Assembly (NCBI GenBank): GCA_965242865.1
Contig: CBDETK010000013.1
Coordinates: 64,001-128,000 of the forward strand
DNA: 64,000 bases
Reading direction: 5' to 3'
Source: Candidatus Latescibacterota bacterium
Lineage (GTDB): Bacteria; Latescibacterota; UBA2968; UBA8231
The notes beneath the pieces are model-generated. The model saw only the letters and a list, made by a program, of their open reading frames with translations, was not told the DNA's origin and ran no database searches. Positions within the stretch are counted from its first letter, which is position 1; the number at the start of each line of letters is the position of its first letter. Shown here in pieces: positions 55,427-64,000 of this stretch. Position numbers and translations under genes: made by a program.

Positions 55427-58117
55427 TCAATCAAGCCCGGCATAGACCGTCACAAACTGGGACGCGCCGGTAAAAGCATCCTCGCCCTTGCGGTCGATGC
55501 GGCTGACGCGCAGGCCCATCTGGGTGGTCAAACTGTATCCTAGATACGCGCCGGTATTGGAGTACTGAATGGCCAGCACCGTCTCTCGGTAGTCGGGCGA
55601 CAGGCCCAAGGCGCGCGCTGTTTCCGCGTCTTCGAGCTGGCTGAATACGGTGTACTCCAACCCGGCCCTCAGCTCGGAACGGGTCAGGATGGCGACCTCG
55701 CCGATCAAAAACAAGAGCAGGGCGTTTTCCTTGCGCACGGGATCGTTGCTCAACAGGGGTGCTTCGCGGCGGTGTTCGTTCTTGATCTTGGGAGCTAGCA
55801 CCACGCGGCCGATCGCGCGCCGGTACTCGGCCTTGTTGATCAGGCCGAAGAACTGAAAGTTTTCGCGCACATCTGGCTGGGCGTCGTTTTGGTGCCAGAG
55901 GTCGTATTTCAGCTTGTTGGTGAAGGTCAGGCCGGGGATGCTGGTGTAATCGAAGCGGACAAAGGCGGAATTGATGTAAGTGTTGGGCGCGGCGAGGGGG
56001 TCTTCTATCCGCTGCAACGCGCCCGGGGCTCCAGTCGGCTGCACCCACTGGACGACGACGTCGGCAATCTCGTCCTCAACCCGCTTAACCATGTCGAAGA
56101 CGCGCAGCCGCCCCACGCCGGCGATGTCGCGGTCCCAAGTAAAGACGCCATACACGGTTTGTTCGCGCTTTTTGGCCGACAGCACGCGCTCCTGTTTGTA
56201 GCCGGCGGTCAGCCGCATCTCGGGCGCGAGGTGCATCCCGGCATACACATTGTAGCCGCGGCGGTTGCGGTCGTAGGGATAATCTGGGTCCTCGTCGTTT
56301 TCAAAGCGGTCGATCCAGAAGTTGTTGTTCATGTCCATGCCAAACAAAAACTCCGGGCGATCTACGTGGTAGCGCAGGAAAGGCTCCTCGTAGTCCGGGA
56401 CGAAGTTCGGCCGGAACTCGTTGTCGTTTTGGTTGAAATCCGAGATAAAGTCGAGGTTTTCGTCCCACCCGGGGAAAATCCGCAAATCCGGCCCGAATTG
56501 GTTGAGGCGCAGCCAGTCCGGGATGCGGTCTTGGTCGTCGTTGTCGTCAACCCACTCGTAAAAATTGGTCGTTGGGTCTGTGTAGTCGACGTCGCCCGAG
56601 GGCGAGGCAATCAGGCTGGTGGTGCCGTAGTTGTAATCCATGCCATAAGCCTCGGCAAAGAGGAAATAGGGATAGCTCTTCTTGGACAGATTGACCATAT
56701 AGGCATTGGCTTGATCGGCCGCCGTGTGGTGCGTGGCAAAGGCGCGGTTGGGGTATTTGCGATAGCGCCGACTGCGGTCAAATTCCGCGTACAGATCAAA
56801 CCCCAGCACGCCCCGCACCTCCAAGGTAAACCCGTAGATGTCGTTGCCGGTCGGCAAGCCATAATCGAGGCGCAGCAGCCCCAAGTTGGAGCCGTCTTGG
56901 ACATTGCCCGCCGCCCGCTTGGCCGTCAGAAAAACCGGCTGGCCTTCGGGGATGTTGAGCTGGCGGTCCGAGCTCATCTCAATGTGGTAGTCGTTGGCGA
57001 CCACCAGCTCGATCTGGGCGCGGCGAATGGTGGAAAGCTCCGGGCCGCTGTACGACGGGGCGCGGAAGTCGTAGGTTATTTCGATGCGCTCGTCGCCATC
57101 GGCCGCGAGGAAGCCGAGGCGTTGTAAGCCGCCATCGATGAGCGGCTCAAAGCCGATTTGGCTGCCCCGCACCGTCTCTTTTTCGACCTCGACGACGCGC
57201 TCGCCCGCTTCGGTTTCGCGCGCCACTTCGCTCTCGGCTTCAATGATGATGTCCCACGAAAACAGGGCGGCCCCGCCGGCGCGGTCTTCGGGCGAGTCGT
57301 CGCTCAGGCGGATGAAGATTTGCCCGACGTGTTCTAGGTTTTGCCCCACCGTCAGCGAGCCGGTCCACGGGTTGCCCTCAAAGCTCTCCAACAGGGTTTG
57401 GGAGTTGTGGGCGTTGACATAGAGGCCGCCGACCTCGACAAAGTCGCCGATTTGGGTCGTGCCGTACAAGCCCAACAGGTTGGTGCTGTTGGTGGTTTCA
57501 ACCGACACGGTGCGCGCCAGCCCCGGGGAGCTAATCCGCGACATCAACGCGGTCAGGCTGTACTTGTCGGACTGAAAGTCGGCTTGGATGCCGTCGAAGG
57601 CCGGCTTGGAAAAGGTCATCGGCGTCAGGGTCGTGCGGATCTTGCTGCCGATGGTCAGGGCCAAGTTGTTTTGCCCCTTTTGGTCGGAAGCAATGACGAG
57701 TTCGTTGAACCACGCGCTAAATCTAGAGGTCTTAAAGACCGTGCTGCCAAACTGCTGGGGCTGGTTTTGGCTCCAGTCGTAGATGAGCCAGCCGCGGTTG
57801 ATAAAAGACCCGTAGAGGTCGTAAAAATAATCGCCCTCAATGTCGCTGGAGACGTAGCGCTGGTACAGGTCGCGGGCGTAGTTGGTGTATTCCCACTGCT
57901 TCCACCCGTAGAGCTGGTACAGCTCTTGGGGCGCGTACCAACGCCGCACGGCCGGGTCTAAGGCGTCGAAAAGCACCCCCGGCCCGCGTGGTTCGTAAGA
58001 CACCTCGCCGCCCCGCGGCACCCCCAACCTGCTGCCGTAATCTTCCCGTCCCTGCGCGCCAATATCGCCGCTCGTCGCAATCAGGGCGGTGAGCAAAAGC
58101 AAATTCCGTTTGGCCAC
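55427..58117 (-). CDS. Large secreted hypothetical protein, probable outer-membrane protein with Asp-rich Ca-binding-like loops
   Basis: 896 aa, signal peptide, DDNDDQDRIPD / DENLDFISD / DMNNNFWID motifs, amphipathic beta-strand C-terminus (FVTVYAGLD). Confidence 0.7.
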   Translation of the reverse strand: MAKRNLLLLTALIATSGDIGAQGREDYGSRLGVPRGGEVSYEPRGPGVLFDALDPAVRRWYAPQELYQLYGWKQWEYTNYARDLYQRYVSSDIEGDYFYDLYGSFINRGWLIYDWSQNQPQQFGSTVFKTSRFSAWFNELVIASDQKGQNNLALTIGSKIRTTLTPMTFSKPAFDGIQADFQSDKYSLTALMSRISSPGLARTVSVETTNSTNLLGLYGTTQIGDFVEVGGLYVNAHNSQTLLESFEGNPWTGSLTVGQNLEHVGQIFIRLSDDSPEDRAGGAALFSWDIIIEAESEVARETEAGERVVEVEKETVRGSQIGFEPLIDGGLQRLGFLAADGDERIEITYDFRAPSYSGPELSTIRRAQIELVVANDYHIEMSSDRQLNIPEGQPVFLTAKRAAGNVQDGSNLGLLRLDYGLPTGNDIYGFTLEVRGVLGFDLYAEFDRSRRYRKYPNRAFATHHTAADQANAYMVNLSKKSYPYFLFAEAYGMDYNYGTTSLIASPSGDVDYTDPTTNFYEWVDDNDDQDRIPDWLRLNQFGPDLRIFPGWDENLDFISDFNQNDNEFRPNFVPDYEEPFLRYHVDRPEFLFGMDMNNNFWIDRFENDEDPDYPYDRNRRGYNVYAGMHLAPEMRLTAGYKQERVLSAKKREQTVYGVFTWDRDIAGVGRLRVFDMVKRVEDEIADVVVQWVQPTGAPGALQRIEDPLAAPNTYINSAFVRFDYTSIPGLTFTNKLKYDLWHQNDAQPDVRENFQFFGLINKAEYRRAIGRVVLAPKIKNEHRREAPLLSNDPVRKENALLLFLIGEVAILTRSELRAGLEYTVFSQLEDAETARALGLSPDYRETVLAIQYSNTGAYLGYSLTTQMGLRVSRIDRKGEDAFTGASQFVTVYAGLD

Positions 58118-58130
58118 AACATACTCCTCG

Positions 58131-59849
58131 TCAATAGGCGATGGTCACCGCGCGGCGGCTGCGCTCCATGCCGCTGTCGGTCTCCACTTCGACTTGCAGG
58201 ATGTACGTCCCCGGCCGGAGTAGGTCGCCTCGGGCGTCGCGGCCATCCCAAGGCCGTTGGAACCGCCCGCTTTCGCTGCCCACAACGGGCAACTCGGCGA
58301 CCGGATTGCGCGCCAAGTCGTAGATCCGCAGCGCGACCGGCGCTTGGCTCGTCAGATAGAGCAAATCGTAGCTAATCGTGGTGTAGTCGTTGACGCCGTC
58401 GCCGTTGGGCGTAAACATGGCCGGCCTTGCAGACACCCGATGGACCAAGCGCTGGCCCTGCAAGGGCACCCGCACGCTCAAGTCGTCGCCGGCAAAGCGA
58501 GCGACCGCATTGCCGCTGGCGATCGCTTGGGGCAACGCGCCCTCGCGCGTGGTGTCGAGCAGGCGGCCGGTGAACACGGTCTCATAGCGCAGGACGGCCG
58601 TGTCGAACACCACTTGCACGACGCGATTGCCGGTCTGGCGTTCAAAGCTGGCCCGCAGGCCGTTGGCCCCCAATTCCTCGCTGAACGCGATCGCTTGGCC
58701 GTCCACGCGCAGGGCGCGCAGGGCGCGAACCGGGGCCGGTGAGTCGATTTCCAAGCGGTCAAACCCTTGGGCGGCGGTTACTTCAATGGTATAGACGAAG
58801 CTCGTATCCACGCCGACCGGGACTTCTTGGGGCCATATCTCGCCGACGATGGACTGGGCCAAGGGCGGGCGAAACACCTCAAAGGCGAGCGAATCCACGG
58901 CCAAGCCGTCTTCGAGTCCATCGCTTTCAAACGCCATGCTGAATTGGAAGTAGCGGCGCGGGGCCGGCGACAGGATCGGCTCGCCGCTGCTTTGATAGGG
59001 CGTGGACCAAGGGCTCCAACTCGCGGGTTCGTCGTCCGGCGAGGGGCTGCGGCCGCTGCGGGTGCGCACGACGAGCCGCGACCGCTGGGGCAAGCCCACT
59101 TGCTCGGTGGCCCATTGCAGCCGACCCCACAGCGCCTCCTGCTCTAGGTCAAAGACTTGGGACAGGTACTCGGCCTCGGGCACGAACCCGCTGCCAAAAA
59201 TTTCCAGTTCGTCGATTTCCCAGTTGAAGCGCTGGGTGGATTCCAAGCGAATGTAGCGCACGTATTGCAGGGGGAAGCGCACGTCAATGGTGTCGCGGCT
59301 GTTGCTGCCGTCTTGGGCCATGACCGTGAGCAAGGTCTTGTCCGGCAGCTTATCGACCGAGGCCGCCACGATGTCTGCGCCGAACGCGCCATCGTTGATG
59401 GAGAGCACGTAGCCTTTCATAAAGTCGCTCTTGAAGGCTTGGCGGGGGAAGAAGCGAATGCGATTGACGCCAAACCGAGCGCCCAAATCGACGACGACGA
59501 GGATGCCGGTGGCCGCCACATCCTTGGCCTCAAAAGCCGTGGCGGGATCGCCGTCCACCATGCTGTGCAGGCGCTCTTTGAGTACGGCCGAGGTCAAGCG
59601 CAAAACGGCTTGGGCGTTGGGCGAAGTCACCCGACCGCCGCGCGCTAGAATCCCGGCGGCGATATTGGTGTTTTCCGCCACGCTGCGGGGCTGGACCCAG
59701 CCGGTGCGTGCGTTAAAGTCGATGACCGGCGCGGCGGCGGCCGCCTCCTGCCAAGTCGCGCCGCTGCCCCCGACGACGATGTTTTCCGTCGCGAGGGCGG
59801 CCGCCGCGAGCAGCCCTACGAGGGCCAAGGCATTGCGCTGGGTATTCAT
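58131..59849 (-). CDS. Secreted FlgD-Ig/TPNGDG-CTD protein (paralogue 1)
   Basis: Signal peptide, VDLGARFGVNRIRFFPR, RTRSG...WSPWS...SPAPRRY, FTPNGDGVND...WDGRD...PGTY. Confidence 0.75.
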   Translation of the reverse strand: MNTQRNALALVGLLAAAALATENIVVGGSGATWQEAAAAAPVIDFNARTGWVQPRSVAENTNIAAGILARGGRVTSPNAQAVLRLTSAVLKERLHSMVDGDPATAFEAKDVAATGILVVVDLGARFGVNRIRFFPRQAFKSDFMKGYVLSINDGAFGADIVAASVDKLPDKTLLTVMAQDGSNSRDTIDVRFPLQYVRYIRLESTQRFNWEIDELEIFGSGFVPEAEYLSQVFDLEQEALWGRLQWATEQVGLPQRSRLVVRTRSGRSPSPDDEPASWSPWSTPYQSSGEPILSPAPRRYFQFSMAFESDGLEDGLAVDSLAFEVFRPPLAQSIVGEIWPQEVPVGVDTSFVYTIEVTAAQGFDRLEIDSPAPVRALRALRVDGQAIAFSEELGANGLRASFERQTGNRVVQVVFDTAVLRYETVFTGRLLDTTREGALPQAIASGNAVARFAGDDLSVRVPLQGQRLVHRVSARPAMFTPNGDGVNDYTTISYDLLYLTSQAPVALRIYDLARNPVAELPVVGSESGRFQRPWDGRDARGDLLRPGTYILQVEVETDSGMERSRRAVTIAY

Positions 59850-59875
59850 ATATATCGCTTCTCAGGCCGGCTCAA

Positions 59876-60076
59876 TCAGTTCAGCACCTTCAACAGGATG
59901 GTCAGTTGTAGCCCTACAACGCCGAACAGAATGCCAATAATCCAGCGGTTGGTCGCACGAAGCTCGGCAATGGCTCGTTCAATGCCGTCCAAGTGGCGGC
60001 CGAGCTGCTCGGCGATGCCTTCTAGCTGTTCAATGCGGCGGTCGTGGTCTTGAGCTTGGGTAATCGGTTCGCTCAT
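59876..60076 (-). CDS. Small coiled-coil protein with C-terminal TM helix (XhlA/DUF1640-like)
   Basis: 66 aa, AGGA RBS; paralogue of 61298-61561. Confidence 0.7.
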   Translation of the reverse strand: MSEPITQAQDHDRRIEQLEGIAEQLGRHLDGIERAIAELRATNRWIIGILFGVVGLQLTILLKVLN

Positions 60077-60106
60077 GGTCGTTGTCCTATCGGAATGCTA
60101 GCCAAC

Positions 60107-60144
60107 AAAAAAACCGCCATGCCAGCGGAAGCCCGGCATGGCGG
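60107..60144 (-). terminator. Intrinsic terminator after the 60170 gene
   Basis: Minus strand reads GCCGCCATGCCGGGCTTCCGCTGGCATGGCGG followed by a T-run. Confidence 0.8.
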
Positions 60145-60169
60145 CACTCGATCTACGCGCCGAAAGCAA

Positions 60170-61069
60170 CTACTCGGCAAACGTGGATTTGATCCGGCCC
60201 CAGCCCACTTCCTCTACGGACGTTTCCTCTTCCGTTCCCTCTCCAGCCATGACTTGGGAAGCCCAGTCGATGTCCGGGTCGATGGGCGCGAGCAGAAAGT
60301 CGGAGAGCAAATCGCCTTGGAAGTAGCTGTCTGTGGCGCCGCTCAAGGTCCAATAGCCTTCATAGCCGGCACTTTCGAGATCGTCGTCGTCGATGATCGT
60401 GAAGTGAAAGCCAATGATGTTGCCCTCGACCAGCGTACCGATGGTGCTCTGGTCGATCCCGTTCCAGTTCAGGTTGTCGAACGGGGTCAGCATGTACTCG
60501 GCCCGGAAGAAGCCTTCGCCGCCTTCCTCCGCCGTCTGGGTGGAGGCAAACTGCCCGTAGGGCGGCTCGGTGATCCACTGAGCTTTGCCCCAATGGTTCA
60601 GACCCGGACCGCCCTGATTGAAACCATAGTTTTGGGCGTGGGCGCCGTGCAGCAAATCCTTCTGGTCTTGGTCTTCCACGTCGGCCCACACGTTAAACAT
60701 GCCGCCGCTGTGGTCTGCGTCGAACACCATCTCCATCGGCTCCCAGCCGGTGGTGACCCATATCGCGTCGTCGAAGCGATCCTCCATGACGTAGAGCTTG
60801 TTGGTAGTGGGATTCCAGCCGACGATGGCCCGCAACGCTAAGTCGGTGGCGTCCCACGCAGTGCCGACGCCGCGCACGGTCTCGGTCAATTGCTCATGGG
60901 TGATCCAGTAGCCTTCGGGAATGACTTCCCACTCGATGAGGTTGCCGTCAATGGTGGGAATGTTGGCATCGGGAAACTGCACGGCGGGGAACACCACATC
61001 TACGGGCAGGTGTGCCCCCGCAGGGACCGCCGCGAGGGCGAGGGCAAAAATCAGGGCGAGCTTTTTCAT
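60170..61069 (-). CDS. Secreted CBM9/DOMON-like sugar-binding protein with C-terminal WGxIK motif
   Basis: Signal peptide MKKLALIF, PTIDGNLIEW, IIGFHFTIIDDD; tail TSVEEVGWGRIKSTF. Confidence 0.65.
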   Translation of the reverse strand: MKKLALIFALALAAVPAGAHLPVDVVFPAVQFPDANIPTIDGNLIEWEVIPEGYWITHEQLTETVRGVGTAWDATDLALRAIVGWNPTTNKLYVMEDRFDDAIWVTTGWEPMEMVFDADHSGGMFNVWADVEDQDQKDLLHGAHAQNYGFNQGGPGLNHWGKAQWITEPPYGQFASTQTAEEGGEGFFRAEYMLTPFDNLNWNGIDQSTIGTLVEGNIIGFHFTIIDDDDLESAGYEGYWTLSGATDSYFQGDLLSDFLLAPIDPDIDWASQVMAGEGTEEETSVEEVGWGRIKSTFAE

Positions 61070-61297
61070 TGCGCTACTCCATTGGAAAGAGGTTGGGAAA
61101 TACCTTCTCTGCACGTGCTTTTGCCGTTTCGGCTTACAGTGTACGAAATCTGCTTCTCATATCAAAATTAAAAAAGGCGTTGAGCACCCCTTTCATGCTA
61201 CAAGGCGGCTTGAGAATGTTTGGGCACTGGCCCATCTTATCTTTAATGATCGTGAAGTAGAGGCATAACCAATCCCCTAACCAAAGGACAAACGACC

Positions 61298-61561
61298 ATG
61301 AGTGAACCCATTACGCCGCAGCAAGACCACGACCGCCGTATAGGACGAATGGAAGGCATCGCCGAGCAGTTAGACCGCCGTTTGGACAGCATTGAGCGGG
61401 CGGTTGCCGAGCAAGGCCACCAACTGCGGCAAGATCTTGCCGAGCAAGGCCACCAACTGCGGCAAGACATCCGCGAACTGCGCTCCAGCGTCCGCTGGCT
61501 CATCGGCATTCAGTTCGGCGTAGTCGGCTTGTTGGTATCCATCCTGTTGAAGCTGAATTAA
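61298..61561 (+). CDS. Small coiled-coil protein with C-terminal TM helix (paralogue with an 11-aa duplication)
   Basis: 87 aa, AAGGA RBS, AEQGHQLRQD occurs twice (33-bp period). Confidence 0.7.
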   Translation: MSEPITPQQDHDRRIGRMEGIAEQLDRRLDSIERAVAEQGHQLRQDLAEQGHQLRQDIRELRSSVRWLIGIQFGVVGLLVSILLKLN

Positions 61562-61570
61562 CCTGCCACC

Positions 61571-62929
61571 GTGTTCGTCGCCCTGATATACGTCCCGCTC
61601 CTCGCCCTCGCCTGTGCAGCACACGCGCTCGACGACAGGCTGCTGGCCCAAGTGGGCGCGGAGCAGATCACTGAGCGGGACTATCGCCGGTTTGTCGCCG
61701 GCTTGCCCGAATGGACTAAGAGCACGGCCCAAGGCGGCGAGCAAGTGCGCGACTATCTGCAATCCCTCGTCGATCGCGCCCTCATCTTGCGCGCCGCGCG
61801 GGCGCAGCAGGTGGAGCAAAGCGTGGCCGTGCAAAAGGACTTGGAAGCGGCCCTGCGGCTGAAAGTGGGGCAGGCAATGGAGCAACGCTACATCCGCCCC
61901 GCGGTCTCGGTCCGCGAAGCCGCGTTGCAGCGAAAGTATGCCGCGCAGGGGTGGGAGCGGCAGCTCAAGATCGCCCACATTTTCGTGCGGACGCGCCCGC
62001 CGGCCGAAGCGGCCCTAGCCGCCCTGCACGCCGGCCGGTCCTTTGCAGAAGTAGCGCGCGAGTTTTCGCAAAACCGCACCACGGCGGCGCACGGAGGGGA
62101 AAAGCCGTACTACTACAGCCGCATCAACGCCATCCCGGCCGTGCGCGATTCCTTGTTTAGCTTGCCCAAAGGCGCGATCTCCGCCATCCTCCCCGTTCCC
62201 AAGGGGTACGAGATTTTCAAGGTCCTTGACGAGCGCACGGCTTCTTACGAGCAAATGCGGCCGCAAATCCTCAAGGCCGTTATGAGCGCGCGATTGCAGG
62301 CGCGGCGGCGGGCTTACATCGACTCATTGGCCGAGCAGTTTGAGTGGCAGGAGGTTGCCGAAGGCATGGCCCGGCTCCGGCGCGTCTTGCACCGCGGCGA
62401 GCAAGCGGGCGATAACAAGGTGTTTTACCTCGCGGAGGCCGACGCCGCGGCCGCACTGTACGCGTACCGGGGCGGCGCGATCAACGTGGGAGAAGCGGTG
62501 AGCCGCTCGCAGTTTATTCGCCAAGGGCGCTATGTGGAGGACAGCTTGAAGGTGGCCCAGTACTTGGAGCGCGACGTGAAGGTGCCGCAGCTTCTCCTGC
62601 TGCAAGGCCGCGTCTTGGGGATCGACCAAGAGCCGGCCGTTGCCGACTGGCTGGCGCGCAAAAAGGAAGAGATCCTCATCCGCGCCATGCGGCGGCGCGC
62701 CACCGCAAAGCCGGCGACCGAGCAAGAAATGCGCGCCCACTACGAGGCGCATCCGGGCCGGTATCCCGGGCGGCAGCCCACTGTAAGGAAGCGCGTCGCG
62801 CACACCTTGCGCCGGGGCCGCGAGAACGCCTTGTTCGCGCAGTGGCTGTACGCGTTGCGGGCGGCTGCGGCAGACGAGGTGATCTTCTTCGACGACAACA
62901 TCAACGCACTAGGGCAGGCCGCGCCGTGA
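61571..62929 (+). CDS. PpiC/parvulin-type peptidylprolyl isomerase (SurA/PrsA-like)
   Basis: KIAHIFV, SFAEVAREFS...HGG and GYEIFKV motifs; signal peptide. Confidence 0.8.
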   Translation: MFVALIYVPLLALACAAHALDDRLLAQVGAEQITERDYRRFVAGLPEWTKSTAQGGEQVRDYLQSLVDRALILRAARAQQVEQSVAVQKDLEAALRLKVGQAMEQRYIRPAVSVREAALQRKYAAQGWERQLKIAHIFVRTRPPAEAALAALHAGRSFAEVAREFSQNRTTAAHGGEKPYYYSRINAIPAVRDSLFSLPKGAISAILPVPKGYEIFKVLDERTASYEQMRPQILKAVMSARLQARRRAYIDSLAEQFEWQEVAEGMARLRRVLHRGEQAGDNKVFYLAEADAAAALYAYRGGAINVGEAVSRSQFIRQGRYVEDSLKVAQYLERDVKVPQLLLLQGRVLGIDQEPAVADWLARKKEEILIRAMRRRATAKPATEQEMRAHYEAHPGRYPGRQPTVRKRVAHTLRRGRENALFAQWLYALRAAAADEVIFFDDNINALGQAAP

Positions 62930-63804
62930 TCCAACGCGAGCGCCGCAAGCTGATCGCGCCCCTGCTCGGGCCGGCGCTCGGGCTGCACATCGCGTTCTTC
63001 GTGCTGCCCGTGTGCAACGCATTCTACTATTCCCTGACTTCTTGGTCGGGCGTGTCGCCGGAAAAGGAGTTCATCGGCCTCGCCAATTTTAGTCGCGCCT
63101 TGGCCGATCCGACCTTTCTCACGGCCTTAGAAAACGTCGTTTTGTTCGGCGTCCTCGGGTTCGTCGTAGTCTTTCCCCTGAGCCTGCTGTTCGCGGTGGT
63201 CCTCGCCCAAAAGCCGCCCTTGGCGGGGTTCCTAAAATTCGTGGTTTTTGCCCCGACCCTGCTCTCGGTCGTGGTCACGGCCGTGCTGTGGGGCAGCATC
63301 TACAACCCGGTCATCGGCCTGCTCAACGAAACCCTGCGCAGCGTCGGGCTAGACGCGCTCGCTCGGCCTTGGCTGGGCAGCCGCCACAACGCTTTGCCGG
63401 CCATTGCCATCGCCATGATCTGGCAGGGGCTGGGCACATACGTGATCCTGTTTTTGGCCGGCCTGCAAAAAATTCCGCTCAGTTTTTACGAAGCGGCCGA
63501 GCTGGATGGGGCCAATGCGTGGCAGCAATTTTGGCACGTGACCCTGCCGCTGCTGTGGGACGTCGTGCAGATTTTAGTGGTTTTCTGGATCATCGGGGCC
63601 TTTCAAGCCTTTGCCCTCATCTTCGTCATCACGCGCGGCTATCCCAACGTCATTGAGGTGCTGGGCACGTACATCTACTGGGCCGGCTTTCAGGGGCAGA
63701 GCATTGGCTATGCCTCGGCCATGGGGGTCGTCATGTTCTTCCTCGTATTGGCGTTTAGCCTCGCGGTCCATCGTCTGATGCGCCGCGAAGGCGTGGAATA
63801 TTAG
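62926..63804 (+). CDS. Carbohydrate ABC transporter permease
   Basis: EFIGLANF and LAGLQKIPLSFYEAAELDGA (EAA motif); GTG start overlaps the upstream stop. Confidence 0.9.
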   Translation: MIQRERRKLIAPLLGPALGLHIAFFVLPVCNAFYYSLTSWSGVSPEKEFIGLANFSRALADPTFLTALENVVLFGVLGFVVVFPLSLLFAVVLAQKPPLAGFLKFVVFAPTLLSVVVTAVLWGSIYNPVIGLLNETLRSVGLDALARPWLGSRHNALPAIAIAMIWQGLGTYVILFLAGLQKIPLSFYEAAELDGANAWQQFWHVTLPLLWDVVQILVVFWIIGAFQAFALIFVITRGYPNVIEVLGTYIYWAGFQGQSIGYASAMGVVMFFLVLAFSLAVHRLMRREGVEY

Positions 63805-63867
63805 TAGGTCATAGCCCCCGTGCTATGACCTACACGGAGGCTATGACCAACAGGGGCTATGACCTAC
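63804..63867. repeat. GTAG-type REP-like palindrome plus two half copies
   Basis: GTAGGTCATAGC-CCCCGT-GCTATGACCTAC, then GGCTATGACC twice. Confidence 0.75.
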
Positions 63868-63869
63868 GT

Positions 63870-64000
63870 ATGATGCGTCGTCTGACTAAATTGCTGGCTA
63901 TCCTGTTTATGGGGGGGTATTGTCTGAGCTCTTTAATCGCCCTTTGCTGGGTGGCCTATACCTCGGTTAAGACCAATCCCGAGTTCTTTGCCAGCACTTG
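63870..64000 (+). CDS. Second carbohydrate ABC permease, 5' part only
   Basis: MMRRLTKLLAILFMGGYCLSSLIALCWVAYTSVKTNPEFF; the TS-x-K-T-x-x-E motif is typical of MalG-like N-termini. Confidence 0.7.
   Translation, partial: MMRRLTKLLAILFMGGYCLSSLIALCWVAYTSVKTNPEFFAST

Overview
GC-rich bacterial chromosome segment. The gene content suggests an FCB-group/Latescibacterota-like, probably host- or sponge-associated organism (inference): two DUF6785-type membrane paralogues, FlgD-Ig/TPNGDG-CTD proteins, a WGxIK C-terminal motif, and LRR and WG-repeat lipoproteins. From left to right: (i) PhyH, DUF6785, oxidoreductase, lactonase and MFS genes with two orphan antitoxin-like ORFs and a REP-like tandem array. 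(ii) A lower-GC defence island (~7.1-21.9 kb) with Fic, a Dsr1-type sirtuin, MAD3/MAD4-like genes, a split Dsr2-type sirtuin, an MmeI-like type IIL RM enzyme and an ABC-type ATPase. Several effector genes are broken and the junctions carry copies of neighbouring host sequence. (iii) A lipid locus with lgt, an ElbD-like FAR-ACS-ACP-acyltransferase fusion, a DAG-kinase-family gene and an Mla/MCE operon. (iv) An internalin-like LRR lipoprotein behind a G17 tract. (v) An inserted TIR + tandem-domain gene pair and a WG-repeat lipoprotein that share a 25-bp upstream element. (vi) A ~14-kb cluster of uncharacterised secreted FlgD-CTD proteins, a large putative outer-membrane protein and a second DUF6785 gene, ending in an inverted pair of small coiled-coil/TM paralogues. 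No rRNA, tRNA, CRISPR array, integrase or transposase was recognised. Family assignments come from motif recognition only; no database searches were run.
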